A stretch of 64,000 nt of DNA from Dicyema japonicum (lineage: Eukaryota; Animalia; Dicyemida). The translations under genes and the position numbers were made by a program. The notes beneath the pieces were generated by a model, which was given only the letters and a program-made list of their open reading frames with translations, made no database searches and was not told the origin of the DNA. The stretch is taken from NCBI GenBank assembly GCA_011109175.1, contig RDEW01000025.1, positions 713,990-777,989 of the forward strand, in the 5' to 3' direction. Positions 35,771 through 48,479 of the stretch are shown in pieces (the stretch's first letter is position 1; every line of letters starts with the position of its first letter).

Positions 35771-37242
35771 TTATTTATTTTTATTAGGAGTACCATACAT
35801 TAGTCTCCCAATAACCCCCTGAGGAGTCCCCAACAGTGAAGTCATCCCAGGAGTAGCCAACCGTTTCCACGAAGCCATTGTTGTAGAGCCAGCAATAGGT
35901 TTCACTATTGTTAATGATTGCTTCCCATCACAAGATGATCCCTTAGAACTTCCCCCACTTAATAATATTACTAAACAAACCAATTATTAACCCACGGTTC
36001 TATTACATTCTCATTAGTCATGTTCTTTGCGTGTCTGTGCACTACCCCCTGAACACTCCCACATTGTCCAATAAGTAGATTATCTCCACCATTAAGAGTA
36101 ATTACTACTGTAAATATTATAATTACTCGATTCTGGTGGACTATATAATGATACTTTACCAAGAGAGTTCTTAGCCCTTCTTATAATTTGAGCGGTCTCC
36201 AATTGCCGGAGTATTCTATTCTTATTATTTCTAGCATTATTAGTATAATTACGTTTTAGTTGGTTCCACAGGCACATCATCTATTACTAACTCGTCAACA
36301 ACTGATCCCTCAGTTCGAATTTTATTATAAACGGCACTCAATTGGGTCCTATAGTCCTCAACAGCCTCACTCAACTCAGAAATCTCAATAATAAACACAA
36401 ATACAGTTTGTTTCATAATTTCCTCATTTTCCTCATAGCGAGTAATATTACAGTTGCATTTACCCTGATTATCTGCCTGATTAACAGGTTTGTCGTCAAT
36501 AATATAATAATTATCCTCATTATAATATTCTAATTTCTGTTTCAGATAATTATTTTCATTCTCTAATTCATCAATTCTGCCATTTAATTCAAAATATAAA
36601 TTTCTCCACAGTACGATTGACTCTGTCGAGGGGACATCCTCTTTTATATCTTTTAATCGTTTGATCTATATTATATGGTCATTACTTCTCTCTTTAGTTC
36701 ACGATTCTCTGACAACAACTCATCCAACTTGTGAGGACAGACTTTACAAACACTAACCTCACTCTCATCAATAAACTCTCTCAAACAATATATTTGGTCC
36801 TCCAAGTACTTTCTCTAAGAATAAACAAAACTGCACCTGAATTTTGTCATCCTCAGTCTTTAATGTCAATTTTTCAACCTGAGACTCCAAATCCTTGTTC
36901 TTATTAAGCAACAATCTACACAATTGAGCCAACTGTGAAGCATCACTCGTTTTCTATATTAGTTTACCATATACTTCCTTCAGGATAGAAATATAAGCAT
37001 CGGTATCATCATAGGAGTCTATCATTTTACATGTACGCTCATTCGATATCTCTATTAATAATAATTATTATAACCAAATAGCTGTAGTGTATTCTCTATA
37101 AAACTATACGTGTCCCTATATTCTGGAGGTTTATATTCTTCATTGAACTTTTCATTTCTTAATTTATAAAATTTGACGTTTTCCAATTCTGTCCTATTTA
37201 CGCACAATTAAAAATACTTGATGATTCATCACTTTCTTTCAT
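35771..37242 (-). CDS. TRAK: TRAK/Milton/HAP1-family kinesin-mitochondria adaptor, compact form
   Basis: ENTLQLF...ERTCKMIDSYDDTDAYISILKE|KTSDASQLAQLCRLLLNKNKDL (HAP1_N-like) and last exon IVKPIAGSTTMASWKRLATP (Milton motif); 20-24 nt introns restore the frame. The junction near 35985-36150 is unresolved. Confidence 0.8.
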
Positions 37243-37429
37243 AGAATAATTGATTACGAAACGGTCAACAACACAAATAATTCAAACTATATTCAAATTG
37301 TATTTATTTGCCGCTTAAATATTTTAATTTAATAAAAATATTAATTATAAAAATTATCTGTAAATACCACAACGAAAATTAAATTTAAATTTTATTTTGC
37401 ATAAATTAAAATTGATTAAGTTTATTATC

Positions 37430-37640
37430 TATGTTCCCTTACAATTACTTCTTCGTTGTAACTGTTGATTCCTGCCGACATAATTGATGCAGATTTTCCC
37501 CTCACGATAGCAACGGAGATCAATTAATAGGTCAATAGGTATTAAATAGATCATGTCGTCTGACTGTACCAAACGCCCTATTCTCTTGAGAAAAGACAGT
37601 GACTTCCGGTTTATACCTCCAGTTGTTGTCTTCAATTATT
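37430..37640 (-). mobile_element. CRE-like retrotransposon extreme C-terminal fragment
   Basis: TTGGI...FLKRIGRL...R.....CI...GR resembles the end of CRE-type RLE ORFs. Confidence 0.45.
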
Positions 37641-37999
37641 AATTTTTAGTTTTTTAATCTCCATGATTATTGAAATATTAAAATTTAATATTAAAATATC
37701 GAATTTCAATAATAAAATTAAGTAATAATAAAATCATCGCTAATTGTCACAGTTTATGTAATCCATTCTTTTTTTAATCAAAATATATAATCTATATTTA
37801 TTCACTCAAAATTCTTTAATGGAATAAAATAAAAATTTCAAAGACTTCGGTAAAACTAAACTAATCACGTCGTGATCACTACGTGCAACAACAATAACAT
37901 CACCTTCCTCGAGACGACACAATTACATATGGGCCGTGGAATCGTATGCTTATAGTTGCATAGAAACGCCTCATGTCATGCAATTTAACATAACGGCCT

Positions 38000-39690
38000 T
38001 GCACATAAATCCACTGAACTTGTTGCCCTTCTTACCACCGACCTAATTCAAACATGTGAGGCTACACAAGTCCATTCTTTTCTGTGATACTTCTACTCGG
38101 ACACACGCTCTGATTGAAGGTGAAAATCACATTGAACTTACTTCCGCCTTGGTCAAAATAAACCTCACACCGTAAACATTCGTAAATATTTACATCCACC
38201 ACCCGGTCCCTGTATGAAACAATACTCCCAAAAACTAACCGAATTACAAACGATCAAAAATGTAATAATCTGCAGAGACCTAAACGCCAAAAACCCATTT
38301 TGGCTAATCGGTCAATAGAGTAATGAGAGGTGGTTTCAGATCTTTCTCAACTAGAACAATCTTCGGCAATCGAACTACTCTCGCCTATTGTTAGGCACCG
38401 GAAAACCATAATAAATTACAAACGTGAAAAATGGGATTCATTCCGCGAAGAAACGGAAAATTGCTAACGATTTTTCCGTTGAGAAATTCAAATCGCTTGA
38501 TGCCGCAGTGAAATTTTTTAATGAGGTTATCCTCAATGCCGACAAGAAACACATTCCAAGAGGACTCATTTCAGACGATAATCCCAATTTCTCTAAGGAA
38601 ATTATCTAAAAAAAGATCCTTCGGATTCAGGATCTTTCAGAAAGATTTCGCTACTATCTGTTGTGTCGAAAACTTGTATTAAAACTAATATCGGAGTATC
38701 TTCCCTTCCCAGATTCTCAACATGGCCTTCGTCCGCAATATTCAATATCACACATCTCTCAAACCTAACTCAATTTATCGCTGATGGTTTCAACAATTAC
38801 AATTTTCCCAAACTGACTATCCTTGCACCGATTGACCTAACTAAGGCGTTGAGCGAAAATCAAGACGGGTTCTGAGTAACAAAATTCTTTCATCTCGAAT
38901 TCCTCAACGTCTTCAATATTCGCTAACAAATTTCCTCTTTGGAAGACTTAGTCGGATTGAAATATTTGCTGTCTATCTCACTAGCGATTCCTTCTAAATG
39001 GAGTCCCCCAAGGCTCCAGTTTGACTCCTACCTTATTCGACGTGCACTTAAGCGATATTACAACCAATTCTAAAGCACTTCTTTTATCATATGCGGATGA
39101 CCTGATTATCGCCTCTAAAGACAAAGACGTTAAAAAGACAATGAAGGATGTTCAGAACCACTTGAACACACTTGAAGAGTGGCTTGAAGCAAATCACCTA
39201 TCTACCTCTCCATCGAAATCCATCGTCACTGTATTTTCTCTCCAAGTCTCCAGCCTAGAACATCCTTGCCACTCTTTATGCAAACCCCAAAACAAAATAA
39301 AGATTATTACGACTACCAGTGACATTTCTCGAATGTTATCATTCATCCCTTCCAGTCCCAATGGCCGGAGTTGTGTCTACGAGAACGATCCGAAAACTCG
39401 ACGATAATAAATACTACATCGGCTCCCCTCCTCTAATAGACCAATCAGAATCCTCTTTTCCAAAAGACTTCTGGACAAACTTAGCTCGTCCAAGATGTGG
39501 GCACTATCCCTCTCTGCCGACAAAAGATGTCCTCTGTCCTTTTTGCAACCTCTACGAGTTGACAAAAAATCATCTATTTGAATGTCAAGAATTACCACAA
39601 CGTTCGTCTACAATGCCAGGACTGACCGATCTATGGAGCGACCAGTATGCGGCCTCCTACAAGTTAGTGAGGTTGGAGTTACTTAACTAA
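38000..39690 (+). mobile_element. Decayed APE-type LINE (I/Jockey-group-like) with endonuclease, RT and C-terminal Cys/His knuckle
   Basis: IICRDLNAKNPFW (APE), TILAPIDLTKA, GVPQGS, LLSYADDLIIASK and CPFCNLYELTKNHLFEC; frameshifted and internally deleted. Confidence 0.85.
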
Positions 39691-39779
39691 CAAACTAATT
39701 TCTTTGATTATGGTTTTCATTATGCTATTTTCATGTCATAAGAATCACATGCGCCTAAGTAAATAATTTCCATGGTGCT

Positions 39780-40060
39780 TTGAAAACAGGACAGTTGTCT
39801 CTGGAGCTAGATAAGACCGCGGAAAAATATATTGGAAATTCCGTACTATTGGGAACCGTTTACCTCGACTAACTCACATGCTTCATCTGCCATTATGAGC
39901 AATGTTGTCTGCTTTTCAGAAGCAGAATGGGTATACAATGTTGTCTGCCGCAAAACAAAGGCTTGAAAGAGGTGGGTATGAACCCTTATTCTGGAAAGTT
40001 TAATTTTTCTAAGAGTATAAAAGTGCATGAATTGAAGAGGCAGCTCAATGTGCATATGTA
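39780..40060 (+). mobile_element. Possible hAT transposase C-terminal (dimerisation) remnant
   Basis: Frameshifted RLPRL...ASSA...FSEA...LESLIFL resembles the hAT dimerisation motif; weak. Confidence 0.3.
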
Positions 40061-40079
40061 TTTTTAACATTTAAAAAGA

Positions 40080-40480
40080 GGACCCGGAGTTACTGGATTG
40101 AAACCGTTGAAAAGAAAATATCAAGGTTGTCACGTCACTTGGAACTTATTAATTGTTACTATAGACAAGTTCTCCCTTCTTCGCTGAAAATCGCAAAAGT
40201 TAAGGATATCCTGTGTTCCTGTGGATATAAAAGGATATAAAAAAATATAGTTAAATTTAACAAACTTGATATTTTATTTTACAAGATCAAAAATGAAATA
40301 ATTCAATTGAAGTTGGTGTTACTTCACAGGATCGCCTTAAACTAGTTGAGGTCGACAAGTGTCACAAGTATGACTTTCTTAGAGGAGAGCTCTCACTTCT
40401 CTACGACTGTCAAGTAAAATTTATTCCGCTGGTTATTTGGGGTGGAGTCTCTAAATGTTTAAAGATTTCAAACCAACTTG
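40080..40480 (+). mobile_element. R4/Dong-like RLE-domain fragment
   Basis: IEVGVTSQDRLKLVEVDKCHKYDFLRGEL...IPLVIWGGV parallels IEVNITSQDRLQTVEVEKK at 61.1 kb. Confidence 0.75.
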
Positions 40481-40597
40481 TGGATGCATTGACGACGACG
40501 AAAGAGAATAAGTGGCTGACTCTAGTATGGAGAAAGGTGATGAGGATCGATTGGTTTCATATTCTTCTAAGAGGAGAATAGTATTGTCAGCGATTCG

Positions 40598-40892
40598 AAT
40601 AATAATGATAATAACAGCCTTTTCACGAGAGCCATAATATTTATAGCTCCGCATAGGCAGGACACACTTTATTTAAGTAAAAAACAGTTAATTTTAACTA
40701 ATCGTAGAACCAAGGATGATCTTCACTTCTTTTTTTATTTTTCTTTTTGTGGGTCCTTTTTAAACTATCCAGTTCCGCAGTGAATATCCACACGATGATG
40801 CATCGTAGATGCGTGGAACCTTCCACCAGGTGAACAGCAGCGAGAATCGAACCCGTAACCTAACCACTATGCCACCCGGCTAACCTAACCCT
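40598..40892 (-). mobile_element. tRNA-derived SINE family C copy with 9-bp TSD
   Basis: A-box TGGCATAGTGG, B-box GGTTCGATTC; TSD AGCGATTCG at 40589-40597 and 40893-40901; 3' half near-identical to the 15.3 kb copy. Confidence 0.9.
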
Positions 40893-41879
40893 AGCGATTC
40901 GGATGATTAATTAAAACAGTTTTATAATGTCTTGATTAAAAATATTGTGATTGTTTATTAAGTGTCGTGTTTATTATGATTTTCTAAATTCGATTTTTGA
41001 GAAAGAAAGTTTATTTGTAGGTCGTTGAGTTCAATTTTATATCTGAATGCAGCATTCCTTTGGTAACGAGAATAGAGTCATTTTTACTAAAATAATAAGT
41101 AAATTAAATATCCATCATCCGAAGTCCACTTATGACTAACTATCCTCACTTTATTAAGACTTGTTGAATTCAGAGGCTTTGTCAACCAACCAATCAAAAG
41201 TTATTACTTGTCTTTTCGAGTGGCCTATTGTCAAGATTAGTCAAAGGGAACGGGAAAAGTTTCATAAATCAAAATTTCTTTAATCGTTATGTTAATTTAA
41301 ACATTGTGTCCCCAAGGGATGATTTATTGTCTATTGGAGACAATAATACTTTCCGAGGTCTTCTTTAGTGGTAATTATTGACTATAAGCATATGTCCTCC
41401 CTCTTATATTCAATGAGGTTGCATTTTCTGAAAGTAAAAATGCTGAAAATCATCGACTGCGGCACGAGAATGAAGATCTTGAAGATAATCTCAAAACCAA
41501 TCTGAAGAAACAGTAAGTCTCTTTCAGCTATTTTAAAAACCGGCATAGACCTACGCCAGTGAGTCGTGGTCAATAGCCACTTCCAGCTCCTCTCCTAAAA
41601 CTGTGCGAAATCCAAAAGATTCATTGGCCAAAACTTTATTTCCACCCCGGAAGCAATTTTAATTGGACGATAACGGAAGTTGGTGCAGGCAGCTATTCTC
41701 CCTAACAACCCCCTCTACTAAGCTATGACCAAATACCTTAAAAACTGCCAAAGATACGATACAAATACATGTCCTTTCAGTAGAGCCATCCAAAATTCTC
41801 GTCTACGTCTGATATAACCTCCCCCATGCCGGTCTGGGTTTATTTAGATAGGTGGGAACTTTCTTATTCTTTTAATCTG

Positions 41880-42340
41880 GTGATCCTGAGGTAATGTTTT
41901 CGTCGGAAGATTCCCGTGAAAAGAGTCCAGCTTCTGAGCGTCCGAGTTTCTACAGGATGATCATGGAATTGATGTTTATCGCTCCAATCGCCTGGGGGCA
42001 AAGAGTCGACACATGTTGGATCCAAAAATTATGATTTCTCTTCTTCGAACTGAAAGATTGTTACTCGATGGCTTTCCGTGTGCCCTTTCCAGATGAGCGG
42101 GCTCCACTATAGAAGAATATCCGGTTCCAAGTGCACGTTTCACATAATTTATGTTAGTGTGCTGCGAAATTCTCCTTTGACTTCTTCTGCAGCGTGATGC
42201 TCGTAGTATTAAAAATTCCCCGTAGAGATCCTTTCTCATCTTCCAAATGCGTGCTGATGTTTCCAATTGGGAAAGCGTTAATCCATGTTCCCCTTCCTTC
42301 AGATTTCCCAAAGATCATGAGGAGCGTATGTGCTGATCGA
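41880..42340 (-). mobile_element. CRE-clade retrotransposon C-terminal fragment
   Basis: ORF 41976-42311 contains RISQHTNINYVKRALG...IVEPAHLERAHGK...CRLFAP, matching the RH..IN..IKRAL...EP..L.R.DGK motif. Confidence 0.7.
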
Positions 42341-43806
42341 GATTTTTAAGTAGTCTCAAATTTATCATAAAAATTAAAAAAAAAATTATATTGATCGATT
42401 ACTCTTGAGCTAAAATACAAAAAACATAAAATATAAAATAATAGTTTGTTTTAGTTACTTTTCATTTGAAACTTACAGCGGCCTGACTGCGTGGTTTTTT
42501 CTGACGAATCATTGATTGTTCTTACTGTTTTGATGATTTTCTAAATTTTGATATACCTCAGTAGATTATTTATTCATTTAAAAGTAAAATTTTAAACTGT
42601 GACGCCGAATTAGGAAATGAATGAAATTAAATTTTAAAATACTTATTTTTTGGTAGAATTCAAGGACTAAGGAACAGTTTCCAAAATTGGAAATCGAGAT
42701 TACACTTTCCGACTTTAACATCTTGTTGAAAATTTTGCATCGTGATTATTGAGAAATGAGAGAAATAAATTGAAAGTTTGTGATCAAGGTGATTATTAGG
42801 TCAAATTAAGACTGTTGGCTAAAAGTCATCAGTAGGCTGATTTTTGGAGTTTAAAAATTCAGAATTCTGACAAAATTGACTTTAAAATTTCAAAATTTTG
42901 ACCATTAAATGTCCTTGATTGAAAGAGTAGGTAAAATATAATTGATCGCACGCCAGTTTTCTAATAAATAGAAAATAATAAATTGACTTTATTAACGTAA
43001 AAAATTAAATTTTTACCGACTTTATAACAATATTTTTGATTAAAAAAATACAATTTTATAAATTTAAGCATATCAGGAAAAGCCAATCAGATAAAGGTTC
43101 CTCTAAAAGTCGTCCCCAGTTAAACGGTAGTCACAGTTGCCCCGTTTTGAGTCAAGTCGTCCATTTTAGGTTTCTTTTTTGATATTCAGCAAAATTGTGT
43201 TGCGATCACTTCTTGAATAAGTAACCAGCCAAGACGTTATTGCAGTCAGGAAAGGGGAGCAAAGAGTTATATTCGGCAAAGTTGGAATTTTTTGTCTTTA
43301 ACTTTCCGGCAGGAGCCGTGGGCAAGACATATTTCATATCGTGGATAGTTTCATGAAATAATATTGATTGGAGTAAAGTTAGTTCAATACTAATGGAGCT
43401 GCTTCCATGTTTGATTATCAGGTCAAAAGAGTTAATCCTCTTTCCAATTAAATCATTGTGTATATTCTCTTCCAAACATTACCAGAGGAGATGAAGGAAG
43501 TTTTTAATCAAATTATCAAAATAATTATATCTGAGCACAGTGAAGAACTTTGTTCTAAACACTCAATTTTATTATTAGTAATGAATCCCCAGATATATTT
43601 AAAAACTCTCAATTTAGTTCTCAACTGGATTATGCCATTAGCTGATGAGACTAATATTTAACCTAGTGATCTTGCGATAAGGTAACACCTCAAGATTTAT
43701 CGATAAGTTGGACTCAGATTTTTTTTAAAATTAATTTAAATTAGTAAAAACTTAATTGTTTGAAATATTTTTCATTTTCAAATTTATTTATTTTAATAAA
43801 ATCAAA

Positions 43807-46214
43807 TTATAATTTGGACTGAAATTTATGAGCGAAATATCTCAAAAGAAACAAATATACTCCCTGAAAGGAATTGAAGAAAACAAAAAAGAATTGTAAA
43901 ACAATGGAATCCGACAACTTTAAGAAAAGTCCGAAAATCCAAGTTAATCCTTAAATAAAAATAATCATAAAAACCAAATAAGAAGATAAGACCCAAATTC
44001 ATAAAATATTCTCTTGATTTTCGAAGTGTTGTTTTGGAATATAACTTACCAATTCGATTGGTTTTAAATAAACTCCAATTAATTAGAATTATCACTAAAA
44101 TATTTATTAATAAACAAATAATGACAGGCATGTAAACTCCAAAATACAATGGTAATTGATCTAACCAACATCTACAATAAAAATATAATTAACAATTGTT
44201 TTTTGTCGTAAAACTTCCAATTTATACTTACCACTGCTATTGGTGGAATTAATGGGAGACCTAAATGTTTGATATTCGAATTACCCCAGGCCAGTGGAAA
44301 AGTGATTTTGTTAAAATTTTCAGGAATTCTCTTGAGAACACGAACAAAAAGATAATAGAAAAATGACCCCTCTACTGTCATCCAAGCGAAGGAAGTAAGC
44401 ATAAAGTAATGTAGAAAAAATCCAACAAATCCACAACTTTTATTTACTCCATATTTTGTTCCAAATGTAAAAACAATATTCATTAATAACATTGATGTAC
44501 ATAAATTCAAAAATATAATAAAGGAATATGATTTATTTCCATTTCTTAATATTATTGTAAATATTACTTCCAAGATATCACTGAATATATTATAACAATT
44601 AATTCTGCAATCATTGATATCCCCAGTCCTACTTGGGTGAAAATTCCCATCCATTCAGGACTCTTTATTTTAGGGTTCTTATTAATTATTTTAAATTTAC
44701 AAAAAGTATAGCGAAATTAGTTAAATGTGAACATTTGCAAAAAATTCCTTTTGAGACGATCTTTGTTTTACAGTAATCAGACTTCCACATTTTTGATTCC
44801 AAATCCAAATATCCGCATTTCGAATTTGAACTAAAATCTTAATTTTCTATAATTTAAAAAAACCTCCTTTAAATAAAATTTCTAAATTCAAGTGCTCAAC
44901 AGATTCATTATTCAACGTAATATCCAGTATTTTTGATACAATTTTATTTTTTTTGTCAATCATTTTGATAAATCTATCTTTCTTCCAAAAAATGAATGAT
45001 AATTTTGAATTATTTTTTCCTTTAAAAAAATTAAATTTAATACCTTTTATTTTATCTTTAATGTCTTTATAGTCCACTTTAATATCAACATTTTCGTTCT
45101 TTTCTTCAATGTCTTTTTTTAAGTCATCTTTTTTAATTGTCAATAATTTGGCATCAAAAGTATCCATTTTGAATGTCAATTTTTTTGAACTTTTGGTTAA
45201 ATACAAAATATTCTTTACGGATTTTATAAAACTTAGTTATAAAATGGTCACAACTTTGTCCCAATATTTTCGACCTGTTTATCAGCGAAGGTCTCTGAAT
45301 CCTTTACAAATTTATCTATTGTTTTGAGGATAGTCTAACAATGTGAAATAATTTACTTTAGTTTGATTTTCACTGGAGGATTTATTCTTTTTGGTAACAG
45401 AAGATAAAAAATTATTAAGACTTTTCACATACTAATAATATTATATTATCTTTACATTTAATTCGAGAGTAATAAATTCTAGTCCACCTCTATAGTCATA
45501 GTCACATGTTACCAGATTATTTTCTATAATAAATATTAAACTACTATTTTGTTCATTTTTACAAATTTTTTTTTCCAAATATTTTATATTTTTTAAATTT
45601 GTACAACCAATTCCGTCACATAAATTTGATTTCATGTGAAAGGTATATTTCGTTTAATCAAATAACCGATTGTTTTGGTACTACAATTTCTCAGATAATC
45701 ATTATCCCCGTCGTAGTAACAATTTTCAAAAGATTTTGTAATTCTAAATTATTTAAATTTAAACGATCCATCGTTGTTGTAAACATTGTTACTGTAAACG
45801 AAATAGTTGTCATTTATATCATCAATCCACTTAATTTTATTCGCGAATGTGATCTTTCCAATCCATCCGTTTTCTATTAATCATTCAAATTTAACCAATT
45901 TTATTCCCAAGTAAATCCTTAGCATCTTTATAATTTTTGTAATTTGTTATCGGTTTGAAGTCTGTTGAATTTATATGACTCATGTATTCCATCCAAGTCA
46001 CATCCCTCAGTAAAATATATTCACCTAAAATAAATTTTATTCACAACTAGAATTTTGAATAATCAAAAATTGTATAAATAAAAATAACATCTGCGCTAAT
46101 GTTATTAAAATCAAAAGTTTTTTATAGTTTGAAAACCACATAAATTTTATGACTTGATGCCAATTGTTGAAAATATTTTAAATAATAGATTTTTTTAGTA
46201 TTGATTAAATTCAT
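43807..46214 (-). CDS. Adhesion (secretin-like) GPCR with GAIN/GPS and 7TM; 5' end uncertain
   Basis: GPS motif CGYLDLESKMWKSDYC...CKCSHLTNFAIL; TM3 LHYFMLTSFAWMTVEG; TM4 AWG|LP; TM6 GLTWIFG; TM7 FNSFQG. Introns at 44261-44284 and 43950-43974; stop at 43807-43809. The start codon is a guess. Confidence 0.85.
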
Positions 46215-46817
46215 GTTTTTGAATAATAGCTATATTCTAACCATATATAATGACACGATTTGAAACACCAATATAATAAGCCTTTCCACCGACGACTAGT
46301 AACGGTTCCATTACTCATCTCAGCTTAAGAACTCACAATTTAAAAAGAACAGTTATGCTTATTACTCCAAAACATCGAAAATGTTTTTATTCTTTGCTTG
46401 TGTGTGAATCCCTGAGACAATCCGATGACGGAGTCACTCATCATGTCCATGTCCTGTAATACCAAGACGGTTAAAATTTCATCATTTTATTAATTTTTTT
46501 AAAACAAAAACATTAAGTTTAACTATTGACCCATGCTTGCATAATTTGCGTTGCCTCTCACGATAGAGACAGAAATGGGGAAATTATGATTTTCACTAAC
46601 ATCATGTTTCTGAGTGTACTTAGACATCACAGTCTTTTGAAGAAAAAAAAGACTTCCTGTCTATAACTTCAGTTGTTTCGACAACTATTGCGAGTATTGC
46701 GAGGAGAAAAGAGTCATAGCAAAATATTAACTAGAGTCATAGTTAATATTTGGTTTAATATTGCTGTGAAAGTCGTCTCCACCGAGATTGGTCAGTTATA
46801 TTACCTAATTTTAAGAT

Positions 46818-47140
46818 CCACGTGGCGCCATGTGGTGCTGCGTGGTTAATTGGTTGAAGTTTGCTGCTTGTTTGTATGTTCCTCCTCTCTCTTCCTATTA
46901 GAGTGGCATCATGTGATCCACCTGTTTAGGTGTGGCGCCCAGTGCCAGGGCGGCACGAAAAAGAATCATTTGCTCTCCCCCACTCCACTGGAGGGGTTTC
47001 CACGACTGCATGTAATGGACGTCTTACCCTTTATGTTGATTCCGGATGGACTCTGTTTCTGTAGGAGTGGAAACTGGATACACTTAATTAGTTGCTTACT
47101 TTAACTTCTTTCTCGGTGAATCCGGGGTTAATAAATAAAA
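46818..47140 (+). mobile_element. SINE-like family A, full-length copy
   Basis: Highly similar over ~320 nt to 63231-63550; tail TCCGGGGTTAATAAATAAAA. Confidence 0.9.
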
Positions 47141-48479
47141 GAGTCATACACGTGACGTTCCATCCAAGTCGCTTCCCCTACTCGAACGGAAAGATTGTAA
47201 TTTCATAAGGTCATTTTCAGTCTTCTCAGTTCTAGTATGGAAGGCTATTTTATTGATTGTGGTTGAAATAATTCTAATTATTTTTAGTTATGACAAAGCA
47301 AGTTTTTTGGTCAATAAATTTAATAGTCAAACTTTTACAATAATATAGCCCGTGGCAAATACAAGGAAGATCATACTCACTATCGGAGATAAAACTCACA
47401 TTTTCTGATTTTCCGCAGATACCACCCATCAAATGCTTCACAGCTGGATTTCTACTAGTCCCGTAAAAAACCATGGTTCCAACAAACTGCCAAACATGGA
47501 TCCATTTTGCACGCCTTCGTGCGGATATCACATTGCTTCACATGGGCAACTGGTTACATTTTTGTGGTTTTCTATTTTTTAACCTTCAACTAATTTTAAT
47601 TTATCAAATAATTTATTTTTTTGTTGTTTTTCCAAAAAAATATCACGTTCAAAGGACAATATTATTAAATTAACTATTTAAGTCTTGCATTCCCACAGTC
47701 CATATTTCACCCTTGGAATCTGTTATCTATTAATTTCGAACAATTCTTTCAATCTTCCATTTTATCCAGAGTCGAGCAATTCAAAAGATAAAGATCTTGA
47801 GTTTTCAAACTTCATTTTATAAAGTGGTCGGAAAATTGCAAATTGTTTTAAAAAGCCAATCTACTATATATGTCAATGATCTTTAAAATCTATTTGAAAT
47901 TTTTATTTACTGTTGAAAATCTTTTCACATTTATAAGATCTATCTGAAAACGTTCATTTCGACAAGAAGCGGACACATGGTGATTTACATATCCAATCTA
48001 AAATTAAAAGAAATCTTAAACTTTTAGAGGACGCGAAAATTTGCAAACTTCACAATTTCGAATGACTTTTCTGATAATCTCATTCTGAAAATCTAAGCCC
48101 GTATTCAAGAGAACGAATCTCATATGGAAAAATGCTTGATATCCAACTCCCGTTAACTTGGACTTGATTGCTCTTCCTGCCGAGGTTTTTTTCATTTCTG
48201 CTGTTTCTGTTTGACCATGGCTATTGGTTTCTTGTTGTAGGACTGCTTAAATTGTGTTTTAGTTCATTCTGAATTACTATATCCCCCTTCTCTGCATGCC
48301 ACCCACGTGAGGAAATATTCTCTATTGAAGTTATCCTGTCTCCTTAAGCAGGCATCTCACCTTTGCTCGATATTCGTCCCGAGATCCGACGTATTTTCTG
48401 TGTACACGTGTTACTTTTGGAAACTTTGGAGGTGTTATTAAAGTTCCCGTTCTCATCACGGGTGCCCCGAAAGTGGTCG

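Noticed and set aside
43206-43661. Overlapping 89-aa and 67-aa ORFs downstream of the adhesion GPCR
   Set aside because: No recognisable motif and no consistent mini-intron model; left unassigned.
47274-48100. Possible small Cys-containing membrane-protein gene on the minus strand
   Set aside because: No continuous frame could be built even when allowing mini-introns.
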